From IMG/VR virus record IMGVR_UViG_3300027747_001183: a stretch of DNA of 64,000 bases. One strand, 5' to 3'. The notes under the pieces were generated by a model. The model was not told where the DNA came from. It was given only the letters and a program-made list of their open reading frames with translations, and ran no database searches. This DNA comes from a virus. Made by a program: the position numbers and the translations under genes. Positions 20,136-29,494 of this stretch are shown one piece after another; position 1 is the first letter of the stretch, and each line of letters opens with the position of its first letter.

Positions 20136-21551
20136 TTAGGCCCCGTTGCTCTCTCTTATATTGCCAGCACCTGGATTGAACAGAGACTTGGTGTCAACCG
20201 ACTGCGCGTAGGAGTCCTTATTGATCCTGAGAGTAGTAGAGGTGACGCCGTCCAGCCTGATGTTGTTCTTTATCTCGGTTATGACGTAGTATCCAGAGAG
20301 GTACGGGTTCTCAAGTGCTTGGTTGAATCCGTGGAATTCTGGAAAGTGCACGAATATCAAGTCGCCGGGTCTGTGCTTCAAGTCTGTGTACACGACTATA
20401 GAGATGTCAGTCTGCATGTACGCTACAGAAGATGAGGCGCTCCTGCCGAACCTATTTCTCAGACTCGGCTGAGACAGGTCATCGTAGTTGTTGACTATGT
20501 ACTTGACTCGCGCGTTCTTCTCGTTCCTGTTATCGTCCGACACTACGTCTTCTATGTACTTCTTAGTATTGAGTGGCGAGGTCTCGAGCGGGTTGAACTC
20601 ATTGTCCCTTATGTTGAACTTAGTAAGCCTGTGATCTTTCTGATGCATGCTTACCTCGACGTACTCGTTGTTGAAGTATCCCGACATGATCTTTTCAAGC
20701 GCAGCGTATCTCTTGTTGTACTTGAAGTTCAGTATGAGTCTGTCTTCAGAGAAGCCTCTCTGTACTAGACTCTGAAAGTAGTTCCTATCGTTGAGCATCG
20801 CCCTGTCGGCTATGTAGAAGTAAGGGTTTAGCTTTGCGGTCTCTCTAGCCTGATCGTCGAGAAGTCCTCTCCACGATGGTCTCTGTAGAGCCTTGTAGGT
20901 AAAGCCCGGCTTGTAGTGAGTCTCATCGTCAGATATACTTCCGGAAGCGAGAGTCTCGTAGAACAAGAAAGTATAGTACTTCTTGTCATCTGCAGATACG
21001 CAGTACTTAGTCAGCCACTCAATTGCCGCGAACGGCGGTATGTTGGGGATGATGAGGTTTCTGTTTATCATGCTGTTCGAGAATACGTTGAAGTCTTTAT
21101 TCGACTTCAGTGTATTTGACACGATGTCTTTTATCATGTTCTCGATATTGTCTTTATAGCACCTGGATATGCGCTTCTTGGCGTTGACGTACGCCTCGGT
21201 AGATACTAGGTCGATAGTATACGCGCTCATTCTGTTGGTTGAATCTACTAGAACGTCGGTGATAGCAGATATGACGAACTCTATCTGAAACAAGTCTGTA
21301 CCGTTCGGCTCATCGTTGTTCTGTCTTAGATATACAGTTATCGTCTCTTCGCCGGTAATCGGGTAGTTAGTAAGCAGGTCGACAGGGTCGTTGAGTGTTA
21401 TCGCTCCCTTCAGTACAGGAGAGAATACTGACTGATAGATGTTTACCTCGAGCACCTGGGGCTTGATGCTCATGGGGTCGCTGCCATCGAACTTCTTTAT
21501 AGTGATGTCGTAGAAGCCGGCAAAGAATGGATTTGAACTTACGTCACTCAT
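20136..21551 (-). CDS. Probable baseplate hub protein (gp27-like)
   Basis: Size and position between gp53 and gp5; N-terminal IYQSVFSP..G...D; C-terminal LSGYYVITEI. Confidence 0.6.
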   Translation of the reverse strand: MSDVSSNPFFAGFYDITIKKFDGSDPMSIKPQVLEVNIYQSVFSPVLKGAITLNDPVDLLTNYPITGEETITVYLRQNNDEPNGTDLFQIEFVISAITDVLVDSTNRMSAYTIDLVSTEAYVNAKKRISRCYKDNIENMIKDIVSNTLKSNKDFNVFSNSMINRNLIIPNIPPFAAIEWLTKYCVSADDKKYYTFLFYETLASGSISDDETHYKPGFTYKALQRPSWRGLLDDQARETAKLNPYFYIADRAMLNDRNYFQSLVQRGFSEDRLILNFKYNKRYAALEKIMSGYFNNEYVEVSMHQKDHRLTKFNIRDNEFNPLETSPLNTKKYIEDVVSDDNRNEKNARVKYIVNNYDDLSQPSLRNRFGRSASSSVAYMQTDISIVVYTDLKHRPGDLIFVHFPEFHGFNQALENPYLSGYYVITEIKNNIRLDGVTSTTLRINKDSYAQSVDTKSLFNPGAGNIRESNGA

Positions 21552-22093
21552 TTATTAAATATGCTACCTAGCTCGGTCTCGATCTGTCCAAGGTATATCG
21601 GCGAGAGCAGCTGTATAGACCTCTTTGAATCGTTAACCCTTACTTCTTCGTCGTAGATAGTGACTGCAGACCAGCCAGCAGTATTGTCTATCATTGCGTG
21701 CGTGTCAGGCGACATCTTCCAGCTCTTCCTCGCGACGTCTTCTCTACTGTCAGAAGTGATGCCGGTATACTCATAGTAAGATATGGTATTCATCAGCTCG
21801 TACTTAGTCTTACCGTACTTCTTCTGCATGAACAGGTCTAGATCGTTGCTGCTGAGTGGCCAGTCATAGTACGGGTCGACTATAGAGTTGCTGAAGTACA
21901 CGACCCAGTCATAGAACGGCGATCCATAGACTTCGCCTGCCACCATGTCGGGTCTGTATGCATCCTGCACGATGTAGGGATAGAAAGCGTTCTTCTTTGC
22001 AAACACTTCTGCCACTATAGCGGACTTCAGAAGAAGGTTTCTAGCAGTGATGCCGTTGTAGCTTATCTTTGGAAAGTTCTTAAAGTAAGCCAT
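21548..22093 (-). CDS. gp53: Baseplate wedge subunit gp53
   Basis: MAYFKNFPKI; RPDMVA..YG...DWVV...N.I.DPYYDWPLS. Confidence 0.9.
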   Translation of the reverse strand: MAYFKNFPKISYNGITARNLLLKSAIVAEVFAKKNAFYPYIVQDAYRPDMVAGEVYGSPFYDWVVYFSNSIVDPYYDWPLSSNDLDLFMQKKYGKTKYELMNTISYYEYTGITSDSREDVARKSWKMSPDTHAMIDNTAGWSAVTIYDEEVRVNDSKRSIQLLSPIYLGQIETELGSIFNK

Positions 22094-22115
22094 TAGTTAT
22101 CCATTATTCAAAAGA

Positions 22116-23051
22116 TTAGTCATCTTGACCGCCATGTAGTATGTTTATAGTAGGTGTATTTGTATCTCTTTGAAAGCCACCTTCGTATGTCTCGCGAGTA
22201 GCCATATCGATCTCAGCAAATGTCATCATTAAGTCGACTACTACTGGCATTCCATTCTTATAGAAAGCAACACCATTTGGAGAAGCATTGACTTGAAAGT
22301 CAGTCAAGAAAGAAGGACCTACTTTTGGGTATCCAAGAGCAGAATTTAATTTAGAATCATATCCGACAGTAAATAGTTTTGGGTAGTCTAGAGCAAAAGA
22401 ATTCAGTGTCTTGTTGTAAGTTGGGTGCATATCTAGTCTTAATCTATTAATATACTTATTAAGTAAATCGCTCTCTGCAGCATTCCTTGGAGACACCCTG
22501 AATATGAATGAGAACGTTCTGAGATTCATTCCATTGAATAGAAGTACAGTCTTTGGGTTCTTTACTACACCACCAAAAGCTCCTATGTAGGGTTCGGCTG
22601 TGTTTAGTGCACCCAACGCAGCTGCTCCAACTCCAGCAGCATTTCTTAGTCCATTTCTAACTGCATCTCCAAGTGAAAGTTCAGATCCGCCTGAAGTTTT
22701 ATTTGAAACTGCTTTTAGTGAAAGAAAAAGACTACCTATCGTAGTAAGTGCTGCAGCTGTTGCAATACCAGCAGTAATTCTTCTGTCTCTATAGTCTGAA
22801 CCATCCCAATTCATAACAGTTTCAATCATATTTCCAGCTATATCTAGATTATCGTGACTAGTAACTGAAGAATAGTGATCCGATGGAAACTGAATCGGAA
22901 GCGGCATAGTATAATGTGAGGCATTTACTGTTTTTGGCTGATCACCGGGTCTAGTCCTAGTATAATCAAAAGAAGTCAATACAGTATAGTAATCTCCATT
23001 AGTAAGTGAAGGTGTTGACACATAAATTGGAATGGTGATATTGAGTGTCAT
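22116..23051 (-). CDS. gp48: Baseplate tail tube cap gp48-like
   Basis: NP..LLFNGMNLRTFSFIF..SPRNAAES; G.PV..DL..TFAEI; visibly lower GC than neighbours. Confidence 0.8.
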   Translation of the reverse strand: MTLNITIPIYVSTPSLTNGDYYTVLTSFDYTRTRPGDQPKTVNASHYTMPLPIQFPSDHYSSVTSHDNLDIAGNMIETVMNWDGSDYRDRRITAGIATAAALTTIGSLFLSLKAVSNKTSGGSELSLGDAVRNGLRNAAGVGAAALGALNTAEPYIGAFGGVVKNPKTVLLFNGMNLRTFSFIFRVSPRNAAESDLLNKYINRLRLDMHPTYNKTLNSFALDYPKLFTVGYDSKLNSALGYPKVGPSFLTDFQVNASPNGVAFYKNGMPVVVDLMMTFAEIDMATRETYEGGFQRDTNTPTINILHGGQDD

Positions 23052-23055
23052 CTAA

Positions 23056-23096
23056 GATTCCTCTATAAATATTTCAATAGTATTTATAGAGGAATC
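23056..23096. promoter_or_regulatory. Bidirectional late-promoter palindrome
   Basis: Perfect 16-bp inverted repeat GATTCCTCTATAAATA-N9-TATTTATAGAGGAATC; TATAAATA at 23064-23071 (+) and 23081-23088 (-); AGAGGA RBS in each arm. Confidence 0.85.
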
Positions 23097-23098
23097 GT

Positions 23099-23536
23099 AT
23101 GTCTTATAAGGGAAAGTTCAGCCCGAAGTACCCAGCAAAGTACATCGGTGACCCAACTAACGTGATATACCGGAGCCTATGGGAGCTCCGCCTGATGAGG
23201 TACTTTGACCAGCACCCAGCAGTACTCAAGTGGGGTTCTGAGGAGATAGTCATACCGTACAGGTCACCAGTAGACAACAGGATTCACAGGTACTTTCCAG
23301 ACTTCATAGTAAAGATGAGGGAGGCTACCGGCGCGGTAAGTACGCTCATCATCGAGGTAAAGCCGGATGCTCAGACCAAGGAGCCGGTCAAGAAGACGCA
23401 GAAGTCCAGAAGGTACATCAACGAGGTACTCACCTACGGAGTCAACCAAGCCAAGTGGAAAGCTGCCGAGGAGTTCTGCGCAGACAGGAACTGGAAGTTT
23501 AAGATCATGACCGAACACGACATCGGAGTCAAGTAA
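23099..23536 (+). CDS. gp4: Head completion nuclease gp4
   Basis: KY.GDPTN..YRSLWE; WGSEE..IPY; HRYFPDF; IEVKP; NQAKWKAA. Confidence 0.95.
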   Translation: MSYKGKFSPKYPAKYIGDPTNVIYRSLWELRLMRYFDQHPAVLKWGSEEIVIPYRSPVDNRIHRYFPDFIVKMREATGAVSTLIIEVKPDAQTKEPVKKTQKSRRYINEVLTYGVNQAKWKAAEEFCADRNWKFKIMTEHDIGVK

Positions 23537-24120
23537 TGCCGGTATTTACAGACATTCTAGAGCAGGGAAGGCAGAACTTCCAGAAGCCTGGGTTTGCAGA
23601 CTCTCGAGACTGGTACCGCGAGAAGGCTCGCGAGGTTAGAAACATCAATACCACTAAGCTGATAAACTCGAACCCAGAGTACCGCACGGGCAGAATAAAA
23701 CCTGGATTCATGTACATGTTTGCGTACGATGCCCTCCATAAAGATACGCTGCCGTACTACGATAGGTTTCCTCTAATATTCCCGTTTTCTGCAGACTCAA
23801 CCGGCTTCATGGGAATCAACCTTCACTACCTGCCTCACCTGCTCAGGGCGCGACTCATGGACGCGCTCTATAACTTAGTATCAAACGCTAAGTTCGACGA
23901 CAGGACTAGGCTGAGAATGTCGTACGATATCCTGAACGGCTCTGCCAAGTATAAATACTTTAAACCGTGCGTGAAGAGATACCTATTCTCACAGATGCAG
24001 ACTAAGTTCTTGATGATACCGTCGAGTGAGTGGGACATCGCCCTGTTCCTACCACTGGAGAGATTCACAGTAAACAAGGCCGTAGTCTATAAAGACTCAA
24101 CTAACCTGGTAAAGCGATAA
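23536..24120 (+). CDS. gp2: DNA end protector gp2
   Basis: YDA.HKDTLPYYDRFPLI; GINLHYLP; PCVKRYL. Confidence 0.93.
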   Translation: MPVFTDILEQGRQNFQKPGFADSRDWYREKAREVRNINTTKLINSNPEYRTGRIKPGFMYMFAYDALHKDTLPYYDRFPLIFPFSADSTGFMGINLHYLPHLLRARLMDALYNLVSNAKFDDRTRLRMSYDILNGSAKYKYFKPCVKRYLFSQMQTKFLMIPSSEWDIALFLPLERFTVNKAVVYKDSTNLVKR

Positions 24121-24878
24121 TGGCATACCCAAACATCACAGCGATAACCTCGGCACTGAACGCGAGGGGCGGACTGGCTAAGTCTAACTTCTTCTTCGTC
24201 AACATCGTAAAGGTGCCTGCCGCGATGAAGTACGCCAGCTATCAAGACGAGGCGATGTTCTTCTGCGAGACCACGGTGCTTCCGGGCTACCAGCTAGACA
24301 CTACTAACATCAAGCCACTCGGATACGGTACTTCTGAGATGAGGGCCCACGACGGCACTTTCAACCCAGTCGACATGATATTCTACATCGACGGCGACGG
24401 CAAGGTACTCGACTTCTTTCAGAAGTGGATCTCGATGGTATACAACTTCAGCAAGGACACTACCGGCGTAATGCAGGGATCTAACCTAGCATATGGTGAG
24501 TTCGGCTATCCAGAAGACTACGAGGGCATAGTCGAGATCTACCTTACAAATCCCGCATCGAACAAAGAGATCATCAAGTATACGCTGTACAACGCGTTTC
24601 CAAACATCATAGGAAACGTAAGCGTAAGCTGGGAACAGAACGACCAGATAGCCAGACTACCTATATCGTTCGCCTACAAGAACTGGGACACGAAGGCTAT
24701 CCCAGAATCTTCTATGGACTCAGCAGAAGCTCAGAGGATGATGGCCTCCTACTACGCCTCTACGAGAATGAACATCGGCGCCATGTACGCGTACGGTCTC
24801 AACCTAGTACAGAACGGCGGAAGAAGCCCGTTCACACTTCTATCATCAGTGTCTGCCTTTGCATCAAACCTTAGATAA
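24120..24878 (+). CDS. gp54: Baseplate tail tube initiator gp54-like (tail-tube fold)
   Basis: GGLAKSN.F; CETTVLPG; LYNAFP..I; synteny gp2-gp54-gp26. Confidence 0.75.
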   Translation: MAYPNITAITSALNARGGLAKSNFFFVNIVKVPAAMKYASYQDEAMFFCETTVLPGYQLDTTNIKPLGYGTSEMRAHDGTFNPVDMIFYIDGDGKVLDFFQKWISMVYNFSKDTTGVMQGSNLAYGEFGYPEDYEGIVEIYLTNPASNKEIIKYTLYNAFPNIIGNVSVSWEQNDQIARLPISFAYKNWDTKAIPESSMDSAEAQRMMASYYASTRMNIGAMYAYGLNLVQNGGRSPFTLLSSVSAFASNLR

Positions 24879-24890
24879 TGGAGCTACATA

Positions 24891-25604
24891 ATGCCGCTAC
24901 CTAGTATCAAGCACCCAGTGTTCAAGCTGGTCCTCCCTTCCACGCAGAAGACTATATCATACCGTCCATACACCGTACAGGAAGAGAAGCTGCTGCTCAT
25001 AGTACGCCTATCCGATACGATCGACGAGATCATCGACACAATCAAGCAGATCATCAAGAACTGCGTGCTCGACGACATCGACGTAGACTCACTCGCGATG
25101 TTCGACATCGAGTTTATCTTCCTGAACATACGCAAGGTGTCGGTGAGCAACGTGATCGAACTCAACTACAACGAGGACAATGTCAGGATCCCGTTCGAGG
25201 TAGACCTAGACCAGGTCAAGGTAAAGTTCGACCCAGCACATACCAATACTATCAAGGTAGACGAGTCCATCGGAATGCAGATGCGCTACCCTAACGTCTC
25301 TGAGATTCTAAAGCTGGAATACCTCATCGAGAAGGACGAGGCCGAGTCAAAGATCGACGACTACATATTCGACATCTTCCTCCAGTGCGTCGACAAGGTA
25401 TACGACAGCGACGCGGTCTACACTGACTTTACAAAAGAAGAGATGAACGACTTCGTAGCAAACCTCCCATCTAGCATGATGAAGCAGATCAAGAGCTTCT
25501 TTGAGACGATGCCGGTTCTAGAACACGTAGTCGATATCAAGATGCCGGACGGTACTACTAGACCGGTGAAGCTGAAGGGACTCAAGGATTTTTTTATATT
25601 TTGA
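24891..25604 (+). CDS. gp26: Baseplate hub subunit gp26-like
   Basis: MPLP.I..P...LPST...YRPYTVQEEKLLL; FDIEFIFLNIR; ends GLKDFF. Confidence 0.9.
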   Translation: MPLPSIKHPVFKLVLPSTQKTISYRPYTVQEEKLLLIVRLSDTIDEIIDTIKQIIKNCVLDDIDVDSLAMFDIEFIFLNIRKVSVSNVIELNYNEDNVRIPFEVDLDQVKVKFDPAHTNTIKVDESIGMQMRYPNVSEILKLEYLIEKDEAESKIDDYIFDIFLQCVDKVYDSDAVYTDFTKEEMNDFVANLPSSMMKQIKSFFETMPVLEHVVDIKMPDGTTRPVKLKGLKDFFIF

Positions 25605-25768
25605 CCGGGTACAGCAGTATACCGGTCTACTATAAGACCCTTCATTCTTTGATGTTTCATCATAAATATACCATGACTGAACTCAATGAGATGTACCCTT
25701 ACGAGAGAGACATCTTCGTCGATATGATAGCGGACTTTATCGAGCAGCAGAATAAAAAGAATCAGTAA
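25601..25768 (+). CDS. gp51: gp51-like hub assembly peptide (in the -1 frame of gp26)
   Basis: Not in the ORF track. (L)TGYSSIPVYYKTLHSLMFHHKYTMTELNEMYPYERDIFVDMIADFIEQQNKKNQ; stop overlaps the next ATG. Confidence 0.8.
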   Translation: MTGYSSIPVYYKTLHSLMFHHKYTMTELNEMYPYERDIFVDMIADFIEQQNKKNQ

Positions 25769-27744
25769 TGGCTAAGCAAACTACAAAGAGCATCTTAGAC
25801 GACATCATAAAGAATTCAAAGAACCCTCTGGCCGTGGCTCAGGCTCAAGAAGCCATGGACTCTCTAAAGTCAGACATGGCGCGCTCCATGAAGGAGAACC
25901 TGTCTGCGATAAACGCGTCTAGTGTAATTACGAAGAAGGGCGTGGACTCTCAGAAAGAGACTCTTCAGCTTACCAAGTCAGTAGCAGCAGACATCAAGAG
26001 AATGAAGAAGGGTCAGGACGAGCTTATCAAGATTGCCGGAAAGACCAACGGACTCCTTGGGACTATCCTTAAGACTAACCAGAGCTACTACGAGACCAAC
26101 AACGAGCTTATCCAGAACCTTCTCGCAGAGAACGGACTAAATGCCACTCGCTCTCAAGAGCTGTTCAAGCAGATGGCAAATCATTCTAAGACTGGTGGTG
26201 AGAAGGTTCAGGCTGGACCATCGCTAACGCCTGCAAGTACCTCACCAAGTAGCTCAATGAGTCTTGCAGACCTCATAGAAGACGCGCTCGGTCTCGTTGC
26301 TGCAGGTAAAGCTGCAAAGAGTAGAGTATCCGGCAACGCTGAGACAAAGCCACCAAAGCCTGAATCTAAAGTAGCAGATGCAGATACTAAGCCACCAAAG
26401 CCTGAATCTAAAGTCGCTGATGCAGATACTAAGCCTCCTAGAGTAGAGTCTAAAGTCGCTGATGCAGATACTAAGCCTCCTAGAGTAGAGTCTAAAGTCG
26501 CTGATGCAGATACTAAGCCTACTGGAAAAGTAGAGGGTGGCAACAGATCAGAATCAAAGCCTACTGCAAAGACTCCGAGTGGAAATGATAGAGTAGAGCC
26601 AAAGCTTTCTACTGAACCAGAACGACGAGTTGAGGCTAAAGATGACTTTAGGCCAAAACCATCTGAACGTATAGGTGCAGACTCAGGAGCGCCAGAGAGT
26701 TATGAAGATCTATCGGACAGGGTGCGAAGAGCGAACAATGCTAAGAAGTCTCTTGGTATGCCAGAGAGGGGGAGGGTAGAACCAACAGTAGAGCCGTTAG
26801 AGCCGCCTAAGATAACTCCACCCGAAGTAAAGCCTGCCGAGGTAAAAAGTTCTGACTTTAGAGCAGACCCATCTGAACGTATAAATGGTCGCCCCAGTAT
26901 CGGAGAATCTGCTGTTCCAAAGAATGCTAAAGGTAGTAATCGTACGATTAATCGTAGTAAGGTAGGAAGAGGTTTAGGTAGGCTTCTGATGCTCTATGGA
27001 GCATACCAAGAGGTGACTCAAGGAAAAGAAGAGTACGCAGCAGCTGAGCAAGATCTCTTAGAAGGAAAGATCAAGCAGGACGAGGCTAATAAGAGAAAAG
27101 CAGAGGCTGTAACTGGAACAGCTGGCAGTATCACCGGCATGGTAGCAGGAGCTGAAGCTGGAGCATTAGTAGGTGGAACCATAGGAGCTTTTGGTGGTCC
27201 GGCTGCACCTTTAACAGTGCCAGCAGGCATGGTTATAGGTGGATACTTTGGCGCCGGCTATGGCTCTGAGTATGGTAGGGAAGGTGGAAAGCGCTTAGTA
27301 GAACTAGCAGGCGTGCAGACTGAAGACGAGAAGAAGAAGAACCTAGAAGAATACGAGAGAGAAAAGAAAAAGATCGCTCAGGATAATGCTAAGCAGGCCG
27401 GCGTAAAGTATGAAGAAAACAGAGTAAAGAAAAGACCAGCAGACTCTATAGCAGCTCAGGCATGGGACTATAAGTACGGACAGCAGTACAATCCAGATGG
27501 CTCGATGAAGAACCTAGAGCCTGCTCAGAAGACGCCCATGTCTCACGTAGAGAGACTTGAGCAGGGTGGTACTAACTCAGCGCCGATCACTATCATCAAT
27601 CAAGGTGACACGATCAACAACAACTCTAGTGGTAGAGGCGGAAACGCCGGGTCTACACCCGTAGGTGCGCCCGGCGTCGCCAGTCCATCAGCTCCTAGGA
27701 ACCCTTGGGATCTCCGTCTCTACGGATACCCAGCCTCAGACTAA
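25768..27744 (+). CDS. Probable tape measure / gp29-like protein
   Basis: Follows gp26/gp51; helical N-terminus; GG-rich hydrophobic segment; C-terminal APITIINQG..NNN typical of T4-like tape measure proteins. Confidence 0.65.
   Translation: MAKQTTKSILDDIIKNSKNPLAVAQAQEAMDSLKSDMARSMKENLSAINASSVITKKGVDSQKETLQLTKSVAADIKRMKKGQDELIKIAGKTNGLLGTILKTNQSYYETNNELIQNLLAENGLNATRSQELFKQMANHSKTGGEKVQAGPSLTPASTSPSSSMSLADLIEDALGLVAAGKAAKSRVSGNAETKPPKPESKVADADTKPPKPESKVADADTKPPRVESKVADADTKPPRVESKVADADTKPTGKVEGGNRSESKPTAKTPSGNDRVEPKLSTEPERRVEAKDDFRPKPSERIGADSGAPESYEDLSDRVRRANNAKKSLGMPERGRVEPTVEPLEPPKITPPEVKPAEVKSSDFRADPSERINGRPSIGESAVPKNAKGSNRTINRSKVGRGLGRLLMLYGAYQEVTQGKEEYAAAEQDLLEGKIKQDEANKRKAEAVTGTAGSITGMVAGAEAGALVGGTIGAFGGPAAPLTVPAGMVIGGYFGAGYGSEYGREGGKRLVELAGVQTEDEKKKNLEEYEREKKKIAQDNAKQAGVKYEENRVKKRPADSIAAQAWDYKYGQQYNPDGSMKNLEPAQKTPMSHVERLEQGGTNSAPITIINQGDTINNNSSGRGGNAGSTPVGAPGVASPSAPRNPWDLRLYGYPASD
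26344..26520 (+). repeat. 42-bp tandem repeat (about 4.2 copies)
   Basis: Encodes TKPP(K/R)(P/V)ESKVADAD four times. Confidence 0.95.
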
Positions 27745-28647
27745 TCAGTCCTTAGCGAGGTTCTTGAAGAAGCTAAGGTCGTCGTCCTCGTCGTCGCTCC
27801 ATGGAGCAGACGCAGTAGCTGCTGCTGGTGGTGCGGCAGTCTTAGCAGGGGTCGGGAAAGCTTCCTCGTCCCTGATAGGTGCGGCAGACGCGCGGGCAGA
27901 CTCAACACCCACTCCGAGAGCGCGCGCTAGGCGAGCCTTCAACTCATCGTACGACTTGAAGTTCTTAGGATCGATCAGCTCACTCAGCGAGTGCTCTGAC
28001 TTCCAGATCTCCTCGAGCTTGTTGTCGTCGTCGAGAAGGGCCTCGGGCGCAGCGAACTCAGACTTATCGTAGTTGCGATAGCCCTCGACGTTGCGGATCT
28101 TCAAGATGAAGTTCGCACCTTCCCAGAGATCGAAAGGGTTGACCGCCTTCTCACCCGGAAACTGCGGGTGCATCGCCTCGTTGACCTTGTCGAAGATCTT
28201 CTTGCCGTACTTGTACAGGAACACCTTGCCCTCGTTGGAAGGGTTGGCAGTGTCCTTTACGACGTAGATGTTGGAGTGGTAAGAAAGACGACGTTTTTGC
28301 TTACGTGCGATTTCTTTATCCGACTCGACTCCGGAGTTCCAGAGCTTCGAGTTGTACTCGCCGACTGGGTCGGCTTGGTTGAGGGTGGTAAGTGACTTCT
28401 CGATATACCAACCGCCATCACCTTGGAACCCATGGTCCCAAATGCGAACAAAGGGAACGTCCTCCCCAGCTGGAGCGGGAAGAAAACGAATGATCGCATA
28501 ACCGTTTCCGGCCTTGTCGACTTCTGGTTTCCAGTAGTTGTCATCTGAAGAGCTCTCGTTTGGGTTGCCCATCTTATTCATCTCTGAAGCGAGCTTGTCA
28601 AAGGCAGACTTACGAGACTGGCGAAGAGCGTCGAATGATGTAGCCAT
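27745..28647 (-). CDS. gp32: Single-stranded DNA-binding protein gp32
   Basis: WKPEVDKAGNGYAIIRFLP; WYIEKSLTT; YGKKIFDK; FKSYDELKARL; acidic tail. Confidence 0.97.
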   Translation of the reverse strand: MATSFDALRQSRKSAFDKLASEMNKMGNPNESSSDDNYWKPEVDKAGNGYAIIRFLPAPAGEDVPFVRIWDHGFQGDGGWYIEKSLTTLNQADPVGEYNSKLWNSGVESDKEIARKQKRRLSYHSNIYVVKDTANPSNEGKVFLYKYGKKIFDKVNEAMHPQFPGEKAVNPFDLWEGANFILKIRNVEGYRNYDKSEFAAPEALLDDDNKLEEIWKSEHSLSELIDPKNFKSYDELKARLARALGVGVESARASAAPIRDEEAFPTPAKTAAPPAAATASAPWSDDEDDDLSFFKNLAKD

Positions 28648-28664
28648 AGTAGTATTCTCCTGTA

Positions 28665-29261
28665 TTACGATGTATGTTGCGATGTGTGACCATCCTTGAT
28701 CTTGTTTTTAAGGATGGCGTTGTATTTATCCTTTTCATATTTTAGAAACGGATAAAGCTTCTTGCAGTTCATGGCGATAGACGGCCATAGAACCGTGTCG
28801 TTGATCTGCTTGTTCCAGGTACCGAAGAACCGGATGCAGTCTTGAAGTATGATGAAGGTCTCCTTAGAGACTTTCTTTCTGTTCAAGAGCTTGAGCAGGT
28901 GTGGATAGTCTCCGTTGGGTACTCGAAAGTTCTCCTCGAAGTCGTCCATTAGATTATCTATATCACACTGGAACAGATATGTCAACGACTGTTGTCGACG
29001 AAGGAACTCGTTGTATGCGATCTCTTTATCGTTGCTAAACAGGTCACCGACCCAGACTTTCTTTCCCTCTGAGAAGTTAGCCACGAGAAACGTGAGCGGG
29101 TCCTCGTGCTTTGAGAGCTTGTGAAACATGTACTTGTCTCTGCGCGAGTCGAACGTCGACTCAGACACGCGAGTCTTACCGTTGTACTTGAAGAAGTCAT
29201 AGTCAGTCGTGAAGTGCATGCTCATAGCGTTGTACAGCTGGTATGCCTCGAAAGCATTCAT
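28665..29261 (-). CDS. gp59: Helicase loader gp59
   Basis: AYQLY.AM..HF...YDFFKYNGK; RRDKY.F.KL; synteny. Confidence 0.9.
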   Translation of the reverse strand: MNAFEAYQLYNAMSMHFTTDYDFFKYNGKTRVSESTFDSRRDKYMFHKLSKHEDPLTFLVANFSEGKKVWVGDLFSNDKEIAYNEFLRRQQSLTYLFQCDIDNLMDDFEENFRVPNGDYPHLLKLLNRKKVSKETFIILQDCIRFFGTWNKQINDTVLWPSIAMNCKKLYPFLKYEKDKYNAILKNKIKDGHTSQHTS

Positions 29262-29494
29262 ATCGGTAGGCGCGCCGATGACTTCTTAAGCATCTTTAGG
29301 TTCTCAGCCTCGATCTGGATCTTAGACTTTAGAGCCGAGTTCTGCTTTACTACCGACGCGATAGTCTCTACTTCGATGTCGTTCTTCTCGCAGTATAGAA
29401 GTACTGCCTCGAAGTACTCGATGTTCTTTTCCTTGACCATCTTCTCTATCTCTTTAAAGAAGTCAGCCGATGACTTTACGTTCTCAACTTGCAT
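29258..29494 (-). CDS. gp33: Late transcription coactivator gp33
   Basis: IEKMVKEKNIEYFEAVL.YCE.N.IE.E; LKSKIQ.EAE.L; LPI end. Confidence 0.9.
   Translation of the reverse strand: MQVENVKSSADFFKEIEKMVKEKNIEYFEAVLLYCEKNDIEVETIASVVKQNSALKSKIQIEAENLKMLKKSSARLPI

Noticed and set aside
26344-26520. CRISPR array
   Set aside because: The repeats are contiguous in-frame coding units with no unique spacers
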